In this document: piece by piece, positions 17,430 through 27,420 of the stretch
How positions within the stretch are numbered: the stretch's first letter is position 1
How the letters are laid out: each line of letters starts with the position of its first letter
Source of the DNA: Gammaproteobacteria bacterium
GTDB lineage: Bacteria > Pseudomonadota > Gammaproteobacteria > CAJXQU01
Direction: 5' to 3'
Assembly (NCBI GenBank): GCA_965238175.1
Contig: CBDEGZ010000003.1
Span: 2,240,001-2,304,000, forward strand
Length of the DNA stretch: 64,000 nucleotides
Program-made: the position numbers and the translations under genes
Notes under the pieces: model-generated
What the model was told of the DNA's origin: nothing
Database searches by the model: none
What the model saw: the letters and a program-made list of their open reading frames with translations, nothing else

Positions 17430-20165
17430 ATGGCCAATAAGGTTGAAATCGCATTAAAGCTGTTAAAGGATCAGTTCGTTCAGGATTCCAAAACAGCTGC
17501 GAGCGCCTATACCAAAGACATAAATCAAATTCGTAAAGCCGGTGACCAATTAGTTGCTGCGCAAAAAAAAGGCAAATCAGAAACCGATAAGCTCAATGCC
17601 GCAAGAAGTAACCTGGGTGTAACATCCTTGCGTCAACAGCAACGCGAAGTTTCCAAACTCACCGCTAGTTACAACCGCCTGGCAAATTCAGGCAAGGCTG
17701 GCAGTCGTGAATTGCTACAGGCACAAGAAGCACTACGCCGAAAAGTGGCTGAGGTTCGTGGTGAAGTTATTCGAGAAGGTAACGCGCTTAAATCTGTCGG
17801 CAAATCATTAGCCCCTTTTATTGGTGTTGGTGCGGCAACTTTATTCGCTAAACGATTGGGCGGCTCAGCTATTGCCGCATCTGATGATTATAAACGCTTA
17901 AATAGTCAGATAAGATTAGTCACCAACAGCCAGGAAGAGCTGGCTTCAACGAATGAAAAATTGTTCCGGCTAGCGCAAGAAACACGATCAGAATTTGCGC
18001 CGGTTGTCACGCTATACACTCGTGCCGCGAGAGCCACAAAAAGTCTCGGATTAAGTCAGAACACTTTACTAGACATCACTAGAGCGGTGAATCAGGCAAC
18101 GCAAATATCCGGTGCCACACAACAGGAAAGTACTTCATCGGTGATCCAGTTTACGCAAGCATTGCAATCGGGCGTATTGCGCGGCGAAGAGTTCAATAGC
18201 GTCTCAGAAAATGGTGCCAGATTGATTACCGCATTGGCGGATGGCCTCGGTGTTCCGATTGAGAAAATGCGCGAACTGGCTGAGGCTGGAGAGCTAACCA
18301 GGGATAAACTAATTGCAGCACTAACCTCACAGTCAAGCGTCATTAATGCCGAGTTTGAACAGCTTGATCTTACTGTTGAACAATCGCTGACGAGACTTAG
18401 TAACTCATTCCAACGAGCGGTAGCGCAATCCGATACAAGCGGTCTTATTGATGCAATTAAGGATCTGGAAAGAGTCGTTTCTGATCCAGCGACGATTGAG
18501 GGTCTGGCCAATCTCACCGGAGCTATTGTTAGTCTTGTCAATGTGGCCATAAATGCCGGAACTGAATTCGCGCAATTTTCAAAAAACTTAGGTGAAGATA
18601 TTGCTGCACTAATTCACGGGCCTCTCGGTGAAATTGGTGAACTGGACAAACGCATCGAACGACTGAAAGAATCTCTGGGAGATACCTTCACATTAGGTTT
18701 TGGTGTTGATCTTGGTGCTGGATTTGTTGATGATGCAGAAGTCCTTGCTAAAATTTCAGAACTTGAAAAGCTCCGGGATTTAGCTTTAGAAAGACAAGGT
18801 TTCCAAACCGAGCCACAAAAAAAAGCAGCAGCAGAAGCGGTTCAAATCGAGCAAACCAAGTCAGATCAGATCACCGGCATTGAGCGACAAATTGCGGAAA
18901 CAAAAAACAGCCTCTCCGAACTGCATTTAGAACGTTCAAAAAAAGTCGCTGATGCAGAATTAAAGATTGCAAAAGCTAAAGGTGCGGAAGTAATCCAACA
19001 AATTAAGCAAGATTTAAATGCTCAAAAAACAGCGATTAATGATCGTTTAAATCTGATTCGTGAGGCTGGTCAAAAGATTCTCGACGTTGAACGAAAAATA
19101 GCCGATGAACGCCGCAATATTGCCGACATTGAAAAAGGTGTGGAAGACAAACTGTTCGAACGATCACTGACTGGAAAATCTGACGATACACAACAAAAAG
19201 AAATCGAACAACGCGCTACCGAAAGGCTTATTGATGCAGAACAGGCATTGCGTGATGGCCGGCTTGAAGAAGCGCTGCAAAACTCACAGCAAGTCCAGGT
19301 GTTATCAGACCGACTGACGAATATTGATCGGGCAAATGCCTTATTAGTTGAAGGTTCGAACATAGAGAAAAAAGTCAGCGAAGAAAATATTAAATTTCGA
19401 GAGTCACAAGGAAAAGCTCTCAAAGAATATCAAGAGATACAACAAAGTATTGTCGCGTTGCAGCGCGAAGAACTAGAAACACAACAAACCAGCCTCAGCC
19501 AATTAACAGAGCAGCTGCAATCACTAGGGCAAGTTTCGCCGACGATTAAAATTGAAAGCAACATAGATCAAGTTCTAGCACAACTTGGCAAGCTCGAAGC
19601 CAAGTTAGCCAACTTACAAAACTCAGGCTTTTCAGTCGGCGGAAGTATTCCCGGTTTCAACACAGGCGGTGCCATAGATCGCAGAATGATCTTAGCTGAA
19701 GATGGCGAATGGTATTTGCCTCCATCGGTGGTCAATCACTATGGCAGTAACTCCATTTCCGCAATCAATAAAATGCAGCTACCGAAGTTTGCTGAAGGCG
19801 GAAAATTACCCGGCTACGGCGGTGGTGATCGTCGTCTGATGGCACCTCAAGTCGGTGGCTACATTATTCGTAAAGAAGCTGCTCGAAAGTATGGTGATGG
19901 CCTCATGTCTTCACTGCTAGCAAAACGTTTACCTAAGTTTCAGCTAGGTGGAGGGATAGGCCAAGGGATAAGAATAAATCCCGGACTTATGAACCTGCCA
20001 CAAATGGCAGTGGGTGGTTCGGTACCCGCCGCCGCAAATTCAAGCCCAGGAACAACACAGCGACATGAAATAGTTCTCGGTGAAAAGCAATTCAATATTT
20101 TTGGTGAAGATGATCAGGTGCGTGGATTAGTCACTGCACTTACAGAAGTTGCAAGGGGTGGGTGA
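17430..20165 (+). CDS. Tape measure protein
   Basis: QFTQALQSGVLRGEEFNSVSEN tape-measure domain, long coiled coil, C-terminal F..GG repeats. Confidence 0.95.
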   Translation: MANKVEIALKLLKDQFVQDSKTAASAYTKDINQIRKAGDQLVAAQKKGKSETDKLNAARSNLGVTSLRQQQREVSKLTASYNRLANSGKAGSRELLQAQEALRRKVAEVRGEVIREGNALKSVGKSLAPFIGVGAATLFAKRLGGSAIAASDDYKRLNSQIRLVTNSQEELASTNEKLFRLAQETRSEFAPVVTLYTRAARATKSLGLSQNTLLDITRAVNQATQISGATQQESTSSVIQFTQALQSGVLRGEEFNSVSENGARLITALADGLGVPIEKMRELAEAGELTRDKLIAALTSQSSVINAEFEQLDLTVEQSLTRLSNSFQRAVAQSDTSGLIDAIKDLERVVSDPATIEGLANLTGAIVSLVNVAINAGTEFAQFSKNLGEDIAALIHGPLGEIGELDKRIERLKESLGDTFTLGFGVDLGAGFVDDAEVLAKISELEKLRDLALERQGFQTEPQKKAAAEAVQIEQTKSDQITGIERQIAETKNSLSELHLERSKKVADAELKIAKAKGAEVIQQIKQDLNAQKTAINDRLNLIREAGQKILDVERKIADERRNIADIEKGVEDKLFERSLTGKSDDTQQKEIEQRATERLIDAEQALRDGRLEEALQNSQQVQVLSDRLTNIDRANALLVEGSNIEKKVSEENIKFRESQGKALKEYQEIQQSIVALQREELETQQTSLSQLTEQLQSLGQVSPTIKIESNIDQVLAQLGKLEAKLANLQNSGFSVGGSIPGFNTGGAIDRRMILAEDGEWYLPPSVVNHYGSNSISAINKMQLPKFAEGGKLPGYGGGDRRLMAPQVGGYIIRKEAARKYGDGLMSSLLAKRLPKFQLGGGIGQGIRINPGLMNLPQMAVGGSVPAAANSSPGTTQRHEIVLGEKQFNIFGEDDQVRGLVTALTEVARGG

Positions 20166-20446
20166 TGATTCATGACATTCTAATGAATCTTGATATGTTC
20201 AAAGCTGTCGATGATGGGTTTAAGAAGTCTGTCATTCTCGACAACACTAAAAGAGGCGTTCAAAAAGGCGATCTTTTAAGACTTCAAGAAGCCAAACAGA
20301 AATGGCGAAATGAGCAACAGTATGCATATCGTACAGGGTTTGAAATACTCGCAGGCGTTACTTACGTCGACACTGCAAAGCAACGAGAAGGCTTCGCAGT
20401 TATTTCAATCAACATTATTCAATCAAAGTGCGATAAAGAACAATGA
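20162..20446 (+). CDS. DUF3850/ASCH-like protein
   Basis: FKAVDDGFK...RGVQKGDLLRLQE...YRTG.EI...VTYV pattern. Confidence 0.65.
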   Translation: MMIHDILMNLDMFKAVDDGFKKSVILDNTKRGVQKGDLLRLQEAKQKWRNEQQYAYRTGFEILAGVTYVDTAKQREGFAVISINIIQSKCDKEQ

Positions 20447-20664
20447 GCCGACACCTTTGCCACTATCCAGATTGCAAAAAGCAAGTCCCTCCCAGAATGT
20501 GGGGATGCCAGATCCACTGGTTTAGATTGCCACTGTATTTGCGCAATAAAGTCTGGCGAGCTTATAAGCCAGGGCAAGAAATTAGAAAAGATCCGTCACC
20601 GCAATATATGGAAGTAATGCAAGAAGTAAAGCAATGGATTAATGAAAAAAAAATACTTTATTAA
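20443..20664 (+). CDS. Small Cys/His (putative Zn-binding) phage protein
   Basis: HLCHYPDC...WGCQIHWFRLP. Confidence 0.65.
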   Translation: MSRHLCHYPDCKKQVPPRMWGCQIHWFRLPLYLRNKVWRAYKPGQEIRKDPSPQYMEVMQEVKQWINEKKILY

Positions 20665-20683
20665 CCAAAGGAGAATAAAAAAT

Positions 20684-20854
20684 ATGACCACGACTGTAAC
20701 GATAGACGCACATTTGTCGTCAGAAAAAGAAGTGAAAGTAACAATTGTCGATGAGGGTGAAAATCTAGAAGAATTCTCTTTGCAGGATGGAGATTCAGAA
20801 CAGCGCCACGTTTACGATGGCAGGGAAATCCGTATTAAAGAAGTTGCTAAGTAA
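20684..20854 (+). CDS. Hypothetical protein (start revised to MTTTVTID)
   Basis: AGGAG RBS upstream of ATG 20684. Confidence 0.6.
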   Translation: MTTTVTIDAHLSSEKEVKVTIVDEGENLEEFSLQDGDSEQRHVYDGREIRIKEVAK

Positions 20855-20894
20855 CCAACTTTAAATATCGTTAATAACAAATAGGAGAAGAAAA

Positions 20895-21200
20895 ATGATC
20901 CACGTACTAATCAAACAAAGTGAAGATTCTAAATATCCAGTTTTGGCACATTTCGGTTCGGTTAACGAACTTAATAGCTTCTACCGTGACAAAATTCCTG
21001 GTGAGGTTATCGCCAACAAAAAAGATCTGGAAAAAGCTCTTAAAGATAACAAGGCCAACAACATGGTAACAACAATGTTAGAGCGAGTTAATCAAGATGA
21101 ACTGGCTGATGTTGAATGTGATATAGAAAGTGGTATTTGCATTGTGAAACCCGCCAAACCTGAATCTAAATCAGAAGTTTCAAAAGCAACAACGGCTTAG
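20895..21200 (+). CDS. Hypothetical protein
   Basis: AGGAG RBS; 101 aa. Confidence 0.65.
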   Translation: MIHVLIKQSEDSKYPVLAHFGSVNELNSFYRDKIPGEVIANKKDLEKALKDNKANNMVTTMLERVNQDELADVECDIESGICIVKPAKPESKSEVSKATTA

Positions 21201-21209
21201 CACAGCATT

Positions 21210-21461
21210 ATGAGTCAAGCTGAAATCCTTAGGCGAGTCATTCTTAATATAGCGAAGCCTGATAATGATAATACTGCTGAAGCAATTGAAATTCTTGAGG
21301 GCATAATCGCTGATGCAAAACGTTATCAATATATTCGTGAGCATCAGGCGTGGCTCAGGTTTGAGACGAATTGCTTTGTGGGCGTTGAATTGAAATACAA
21401 GGATGATCATACGCCTGCTGGCTCGTTGGATTCCTGTATTGATGGAAGGATGAAATCATAA
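21210..21461 (+). CDS. Hypothetical protein
   Basis: 83 aa; contains ADAKRYQYIR motif common in small phage proteins. Confidence 0.55.
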   Translation: MSQAEILRRVILNIAKPDNDNTAEAIEILEGIIADAKRYQYIREHQAWLRFETNCFVGVELKYKDDHTPAGSLDSCIDGRMKS

Positions 21462-21463
21462 CA

Positions 21464-21832
21464 ATGCCTAATTTTCTTGACAGCATTCAACTACCCGATC
21501 AAGTCATATGGGTTGAGCAACACCAGTCACAAGGTGTTGCTCAATCTGTCACACCATTGCTGGGCGGTAATATCCACATCAGCACAGCAGCGGTACTGTC
21601 TGGAAAGTCTATGACATTAGTATTTGCTGAAGAAGTTGAGTGGGCCGAACAAGCACATGTCGACGCTATTTTGTTACTCGCAGAAACACCAGGTGCAACA
21701 TTCATCGTGCAGTGGGAAGGCAAAAGTTACAACGTTGCCTTTCGTCATCATGAAGCGCCGGCCGTATCATTCGATCCAATCTGGCCGTTTTATGCCGACT
21801 ATGTTGGCGTCATTAAGTTGATAACCGTATGA
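21464..21832 (+). CDS. Putative distal tail protein
   Basis: L..IQLPDQVIW.E....VAQSV...LGG...G..MTL pattern; first structural-looking gene after the cassette following TMP. Confidence 0.6.
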   Translation: MPNFLDSIQLPDQVIWVEQHQSQGVAQSVTPLLGGNIHISTAAVLSGKSMTLVFAEEVEWAEQAHVDAILLLAETPGATFIVQWEGKSYNVAFRHHEAPAVSFDPIWPFYADYVGVIKLITV

Positions 21833-22770
21833 CGACCATAACCGCCGACTTACAATTTTCCGTTCGTGCATCTGCCAGCGCTAATGCCAGTGATGCCTTC
21901 GATCTGGTCGAACTACCAGAAGATCAAACTTACTTGCGCAGTGCGTTATACCAGCCCTTCATGAGCTGGCAACAACTTCAAGCGCAAGGCAACGGCAAAT
22001 ACGGCGAAGCATTACCACTGGCGCGATACGGCGTTATTAATCTACGTGTTTATTGTCCAGAAACAGTCACGCCAGAATTAATACCACTTGATCCAATTGA
22101 CCAGGAAGAAAAGTTATTTTTCTTTATCGGGCTATCGTTTCTTAACATCAGCTCATCCGGTTACAAAGGCAAACAAGTTGAAGCCACTGGCAGAACCCGA
22201 ACAGACAAAATCGAAAATATCCGCTTCGATGGCCAGAACCGCGCATCATTAAAATACAATTATGACCCAGGCGAAATCACCATACTTTATCAAACCAATT
22301 TCCTCGATAAAGATGGCAATATTGTTGATCCGCCAACACTCAATAATCAAAGCGAATTCGTTTCAGATAAAGAAATTTATGGCGCATTAACCGTCCGTTA
22401 TCAACCCAGTTATGCCCGTTTCAAAGTCTATTATGATCTAACCGGATTCGGTGTCGATATCGAAGTTCGCGGCTTCTACTCATCACTAAAAAACAAACGA
22501 CAACCATCGCTGGCAATCATGGCCAGGTACGGCACTCAATCGGACTTACAAGAATTCAGCCGCGATGTAGAAGATTGGGACTTCAGCCAAATAAACACCG
22601 GCTCTGAAGATTTCGACGGCACCGAACAAAGTACCGAAACTGTCAATGAAACCAAACGAATTACCAACCCGAATGATCCGGAAGATTATGTAGATGTACA
22701 GCGACCAAGAGTACTGAAGTTTACCGACAAGAATGGCCGGTTTATCTACTTACGAATGGTGTCGCAATAA
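21829..22770 (+). CDS. Hypothetical tail-tip protein
   Basis: Coupled ORF in tail block. Confidence 0.6.
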   Translation: MTTITADLQFSVRASASANASDAFDLVELPEDQTYLRSALYQPFMSWQQLQAQGNGKYGEALPLARYGVINLRVYCPETVTPELIPLDPIDQEEKLFFFIGLSFLNISSSGYKGKQVEATGRTRTDKIENIRFDGQNRASLKYNYDPGEITILYQTNFLDKDGNIVDPPTLNNQSEFVSDKEIYGALTVRYQPSYARFKVYYDLTGFGVDIEVRGFYSSLKNKRQPSLAIMARYGTQSDLQEFSRDVEDWDFSQINTGSEDFDGTEQSTETVNETKRITNPNDPEDYVDVQRPRVLKFTDKNGRFIYLRMVSQ

Positions 22771-23219
22771 TGGACTACGCAGAGACAATATTTGATCGGG
22801 TTGTTGGGGTTGCATGGTCTGATATGGAAGGTGAAGAAGGACAGCCAACAGTTGTGTCATCTACCTGTGAGTGGGTTCTTGTTTCTTCTCAATCAACCAG
22901 TTCCCGCAGTATACCTCCCGATAATTCGTTTTCCTCAACAGGTAGTATCTTGACTTATGGAAAACAAGTGTTAACGACCTATTCGGATGGCCATTCAGTA
23001 GGGGGTATTGCTCAGACCGCTAAAGTTCATGTCGGTGTTGGTCATTATGACTTTACAAATGAACAGGGGTATGGAACCAAAGGAACCAAAACGGTGACTT
23101 TTAACCCCTCAACAGGTTTGGCAACAGCTGAAATAACCACCAGTACTTTCAATCAGGACGGTAGCGGCGATTCCAGTTCAGGGAAACTGCATTATTACCA
23201 ATTCACACCATGCAACTAG
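22770..23219 (+). CDS. Hypothetical Ser/Thr/Gly-rich tail protein
   Basis: Coupled ORF in tail block. Confidence 0.55.
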   Translation: MDYAETIFDRVVGVAWSDMEGEEGQPTVVSSTCEWVLVSSQSTSSRSIPPDNSFSSTGSILTYGKQVLTTYSDGHSVGGIAQTAKVHVGVGHYDFTNEQGYGTKGTKTVTFNPSTGLATAEITTSTFNQDGSGDSSSGKLHYYQFTPCN

Positions 23220-23229
23220 GAGAAATATT

Positions 23230-24240
23230 ATGACAATAACACCCAATGATATGGGCTTTTATAAACCTAAAACTATCAACAATACTGACACTAACGGTGG
23301 AAGAATGAGTAAAAATTTATTTACGGATGCTTCTAACGAAAACATCTTCCCTGCAATCTATTTAGATGCTCTTGGCTCAGATATTGTTCGCTACCGAAAG
23401 ATGTTCCTGAAGATTGCTACTGATGATGATGCGGTTGCTGCTAGTGCGAAAATCGCTATGCTAAGACCTGCCAGCGCCGATGACGAGGTGACGTTTTTCT
23501 CAGGCACCCACACTGACACGCAAGCTGATATCACAGGCTCAGAACAACAGTTTGGTTGTGGTCAATTGACAACAGATATTAGCGCTGGTGCAACCGAAAT
23601 GACTGTTACTTCCGAAGCTGGGGCCGTCAGGCCGGTATTCGATGATGGTATGTTGATCATGATCAGTGATAAAACTAGCGTGTCGTCCGGCACAGGTAAT
23701 CGGGAGTATCTAACACTGGCCGCATCAAACGCAGTCAGTTGGAACGGTAGCGATGCAACGTTGACATTAGAAGCCGGAAGCTTGCCGCAAAATGATTATC
23801 TGGCAGCTGATACTTACGTTTCATCAGCAATTGATGTACCTGGTGGCATAGGAGGTGTTTCCAGCGCATACAGCACCTTGTCGAGCGGTGGTACATTCGA
23901 TAATTCCGGTAACCCTGTTATGGTTGATGCTATTGGCGGAGTTTACGAAAATTGGACGTTAACCTTTGATAGTTCAATCAACTATACTCTGTTTGGCGAT
24001 ACGGTGGGTGCGTTAACTGGCGGTAATATCAGCATAGATTTCTCACCAAACAATCCTGATTTTTCAAAACCTTTTCTAACGATTCCCTCAGCGGCATTTT
24101 TTGGTACTTTCGTAGCAGGTGATCAGATTACATTCAAAACCTCTCCATTCTCTCAAGCAATATGGCTAAAAAACTTCACACTGGCCAGCGCCAGTAGCAG
24201 TGCTCAATCAAAATTCATTCTTTTTTATGACGTGAGTTAA
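23230..24240 (+). CDS. Putative tail-tip/baseplate structural protein
   Basis: GGAG RBS; NGGRMS..., NIFP, YRKMFLK; beta-rich. Confidence 0.65.
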   Translation: MTITPNDMGFYKPKTINNTDTNGGRMSKNLFTDASNENIFPAIYLDALGSDIVRYRKMFLKIATDDDAVAASAKIAMLRPASADDEVTFFSGTHTDTQADITGSEQQFGCGQLTTDISAGATEMTVTSEAGAVRPVFDDGMLIMISDKTSVSSGTGNREYLTLAASNAVSWNGSDATLTLEAGSLPQNDYLAADTYVSSAIDVPGGIGGVSSAYSTLSSGGTFDNSGNPVMVDAIGGVYENWTLTFDSSINYTLFGDTVGALTGGNISIDFSPNNPDFSKPFLTIPSAAFFGTFVAGDQITFKTSPFSQAIWLKNFTLASASSSAQSKFILFYDVS

Positions 24241-24244
24241 TGCT

Positions 24245-25117
24245 ATGACTACTAATTTTCATCCCACAAACTTCACCAAAGTTTTGCATGATATATTCAC
24301 AGGCAATCCTCAAAACTACCCGAATGATTTCAACAGTAATTATTCACGAGTAAATTTCTACTCAGGACAACAACCAAACGCTGTTGCCGATGCATTCGAT
24401 TCTCAAGGCGGGGTGTTTTTAGGATCAACTAATTCACTGAAAGACTATTTTGGCCCTCCTTCAGGAGGTGTTTCCAGATTGCTTTTTCCAAGCATGATCA
24501 ACGTTACAATTTCTGGAACCGTGGAATGGGCACGTTTTTATTCTGGATATTACTCCAGCTCTACGCGAGCAGTCATTGACACACCAGTCTCGTTAACAGG
24601 TAACGGCGGCGGAATGATTGTTGATGATTTGGCCTTCGTTGCAAGTGATGTGAGTACGCTAGAAAAGCTTGCTTTTTTCTTGCCAGAAACATTAGGTACC
24701 GTCAGCTTGTCGCTTGCACTTCGTAACCAAATACTTGACAGCTTTATTAACGGGCAATCGCAGTTTCCAAATGTTGGTCAACAATCAATATTATCTATCT
24801 ACACAGGCTCGTTGCCGAGTTCTATTTATGACACTGCGACAGGAACGAAGTTGGCCGATTTTGAAAGTGCCTCATCAAGTACAGGAATGTGGTCAGTAGC
24901 GCTTTCTAGCGGCGAATCTGTAATTAGTTCTGAAGGTAGCTGGAATACGGTAACGACTGTTGGTGCGGGTGTGCCAGGTTACTTTCGCTTAGTTAAAGGA
25001 GATCTTGTTATGCAAGGCACTTGTAGCACAGGTGGCGCTGACATGAGTGTAGATAAAGCATCGGTTATTATGGGTGATTCACTAACAATAAGTGAAGGAA
25101 CCTTGATTGCCGCGTGA
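24245..25117 (+). CDS. Putative tail protein with internal two-fold domain duplication
   Basis: FYSGQQP...GTVEWARF...GGGMIVD and IYTGSLP...GVPGYFRL...GGADMSVD halves. Confidence 0.65.
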   Translation: MTTNFHPTNFTKVLHDIFTGNPQNYPNDFNSNYSRVNFYSGQQPNAVADAFDSQGGVFLGSTNSLKDYFGPPSGGVSRLLFPSMINVTISGTVEWARFYSGYYSSSTRAVIDTPVSLTGNGGGMIVDDLAFVASDVSTLEKLAFFLPETLGTVSLSLALRNQILDSFINGQSQFPNVGQQSILSIYTGSLPSSIYDTATGTKLADFESASSSTGMWSVALSSGESVISSEGSWNTVTTVGAGVPGYFRLVKGDLVMQGTCSTGGADMSVDKASVIMGDSLTISEGTLIAA

Positions 25118-25806
25118 GTATTTCATTATTCATTCAGGTTGGTGATTTTGAGCCGGGTTCAGGGATTAAACTACCTACCGTTTCGTTAGGTGATTACGAA
25201 ACTGATTCCGGTATTACACTGCCGGTTGTAGACTTAAGTGAACTACCTGCTGCCGGTGCGATTAAATTGCCTGTTATGGGGTTAGGTGAACGCGCACCGT
25301 GGGATCCCATATGGGTACAAATTACCGGCCAAAACAGCATCGGTACTGCACGTCCGATCGTACAATTTGATGCGACGCACCGTGTTGGTGTAGACCGTCC
25401 TTTGTTACAAATCAAAGGTCAAAATTTAACCCTTGTGTCGAAACAGATCGATGGCCAGGCTGCTCTTTATTCAGGCAAACAGATCACCAGTAGAACGCCA
25501 ATATATAACGCCAAGCAGATTACAGGTCAAAGCCGCGTTTCATCGATAATTTCATTTACTGTAGTAACTTCGTTAGTGGTAGCAAAGCAGCTGGTAGGGG
25601 CGCACCGCATTGGTATTGCAACTGCGATTAAACAACTGAGTGGAACACATCGTATCGGCCTGACGCAAGTGGCCAAACAAATCACCGGAACACATCAAAT
25701 TGGTGTCGCAAAAAGAGCAGCACTGCAAATCACTGGACGTAACCGAATTATTGATAATACAACGACCGTTCAAACAGCCATTAAACCCGTCATAATCAGA
25801 CAATAA
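25114..25806 (+). CDS. Repeat-rich putative fibre/shaft protein
   Basis: About 10 copies of (K)QI.G..RI(G) and three 17-aa N-terminal repeats. Confidence 0.6.
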   Translation: MSISLFIQVGDFEPGSGIKLPTVSLGDYETDSGITLPVVDLSELPAAGAIKLPVMGLGERAPWDPIWVQITGQNSIGTARPIVQFDATHRVGVDRPLLQIKGQNLTLVSKQIDGQAALYSGKQITSRTPIYNAKQITGQSRVSSIISFTVVTSLVVAKQLVGAHRIGIATAIKQLSGTHRIGLTQVAKQITGTHQIGVAKRAALQITGRNRIIDNTTTVQTAIKPVIIRQ

Positions 25807-25811
25807 ACGCC

Positions 25812-27188
25812 ATGCCAGCAGAGATAAAAATAGCTCAATTCACACTGTCGCAGAATTCCAGTTCACATTCTTGGAAAGCACAAATTGCGCTGGCCGATAA
25901 AGCCGAGTGGCAGCGTTTCGAATTGCGTGATCCATTCGTTATTCAATTAGGCAATGTGACCTATAATTTAGTGGTCGACAACAAACAGTTACAACGCCTA
26001 TCATCGGTCAATAACGTCCCTGTAATCACTGCGCTTAGTCCACTCTCATTGCACGGCTCCTCACGCGCATCACGCATCACTAAAAGCTGGAATACGGCTG
26101 TCACAGCACAGGTCGCCGTCGAAGAAGTGTTAGAACAAAGTATCGACTGGAAAATAGTTAATTGGACAATTGAGGCAGGCAAGCTGGCCTTTACTGATGC
26201 TTATCCACTCGACATAGCACGAACAATTATTAATGCCGCTGGTGGCATTCTACGCTCGAATCCGGACGGCACAGTCAAGGCCGAAAAAGCCTTTCCAGTC
26301 AGCGTGAAAGATTGGCAAACTGCCAGCATTGATCACACGCTCACCGACTTAAACGACAACGTTAATATCATCGAATTAAATCAACATAAAGAGTTGGTAA
26401 ACAAGGTCACAATTTCAAGTGATTCCAGTGATAGTTCACAGCTACAAATGCAGATTGATCCACGTCCGGAAGGACTCAATAATGGCAAGTTTTCATTCGC
26501 ACCAGGCGACACAGTGGGAGTGCTGGCATTTGCCTCTGAAGGCGTGACAATCGGCCAGCCAGAAAGTTCAAGCGGCACCGTCACAACAGAAGCCGATCAG
26601 ACCTTCCAGCAAACACAAGACCTATCATTTTCTGATACAGATTCAGCAACACTAAGCTACCCAGCAAACAGCATCGAAAGTATCCTCTGGATAGGAAATG
26701 ATCTAGGCGCAATTGCATTAGATACTGATCGGAGAACAGCGCTAATAACAACACCAGGAACAGGCGTTTGTAGAGTCACATACAGTGTCACTGCGAAGGC
26801 TTACAAAGTGACCACAGAACAGAGTGTAAGCGGCCTGACAGAATACCCGGTTCAACTACACCTCGAAGGTGAAACAGGTACCGCCAGCAGCCAACGATCA
26901 ATCATCGGTCAGCGTGGTGATGGTGACAAACAAGGCGTCGATATCAGCGACCCAATCCTGACCGACATACAAGCTTTACTGGCAAGAGCAACAACCGAAT
27001 TAGACAAAGGCGAACCACTACAACCAGTCGCTCTGGAATGCGTTCATCGAGAAGGGTTAGAACAGGGTCAAATAGCACTAATCGTTGACTCTCAACAAGC
27101 CCCAAATTGGCGCGGAATGATCAATGGAATAAACCACCAATATGATGGTATAAAGACCCTAACAAAACTCGACATTCTGAGGCCGTAA
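25812..27188 (+). CDS. Putative baseplate hub/central tail protein
   Basis: 458 aa; PLDIARTIINAAGGIL.S.PDG, NKVTI, C-terminal GQIA.I.D...G.I.GI.H pattern of hub proteins. Confidence 0.55.
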   Translation: MPAEIKIAQFTLSQNSSSHSWKAQIALADKAEWQRFELRDPFVIQLGNVTYNLVVDNKQLQRLSSVNNVPVITALSPLSLHGSSRASRITKSWNTAVTAQVAVEEVLEQSIDWKIVNWTIEAGKLAFTDAYPLDIARTIINAAGGILRSNPDGTVKAEKAFPVSVKDWQTASIDHTLTDLNDNVNIIELNQHKELVNKVTISSDSSDSSQLQMQIDPRPEGLNNGKFSFAPGDTVGVLAFASEGVTIGQPESSSGTVTTEADQTFQQTQDLSFSDTDSATLSYPANSIESILWIGNDLGAIALDTDRRTALITTPGTGVCRVTYSVTAKAYKVTTEQSVSGLTEYPVQLHLEGETGTASSQRSIIGQRGDGDKQGVDISDPILTDIQALLARATTELDKGEPLQPVALECVHREGLEQGQIALIVDSQQAPNWRGMINGINHQYDGIKTLTKLDILRP

Positions 27189-27407
27189 ATGAGCGATATA
27201 GACACCATCAAAAACGCCCTAGTAGGCGACCAGAATCAAACAGGAACAGTGGTTAAAGTAACAAGCACCACAATGGAAGTGTCAACAGCCAAAGGAATAG
27301 TCACCACAACACCGCAAGCAGGCGTCATAAAAGGCCAGCGAGTAACCATCAAACAGGGCATTATTACCCCATTAAACACCCATAAAGCAGCGACTTTTTA
27401 CTTATAG
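27189..27407 (+). CDS. Small OB-fold-like terminal tail protein
   Basis: GTVVKV...V.T.KG...GQRVTIKQGII; last phage gene. Confidence 0.55.
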   Translation: MSDIDTIKNALVGDQNQTGTVVKVTSTTMEVSTAKGIVTTTPQAGVIKGQRVTIKQGIITPLNTHKAATFYL

Positions 27408-27420
27408 AAGGGATATCAAC

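Noticed and set aside
11768-27407. Diversity-generating retroelement or invertible host-range segment
   Set aside because: No reverse transcriptase or invertase ORF, and no template/variable repeat pair or inverted fibre cassette seen
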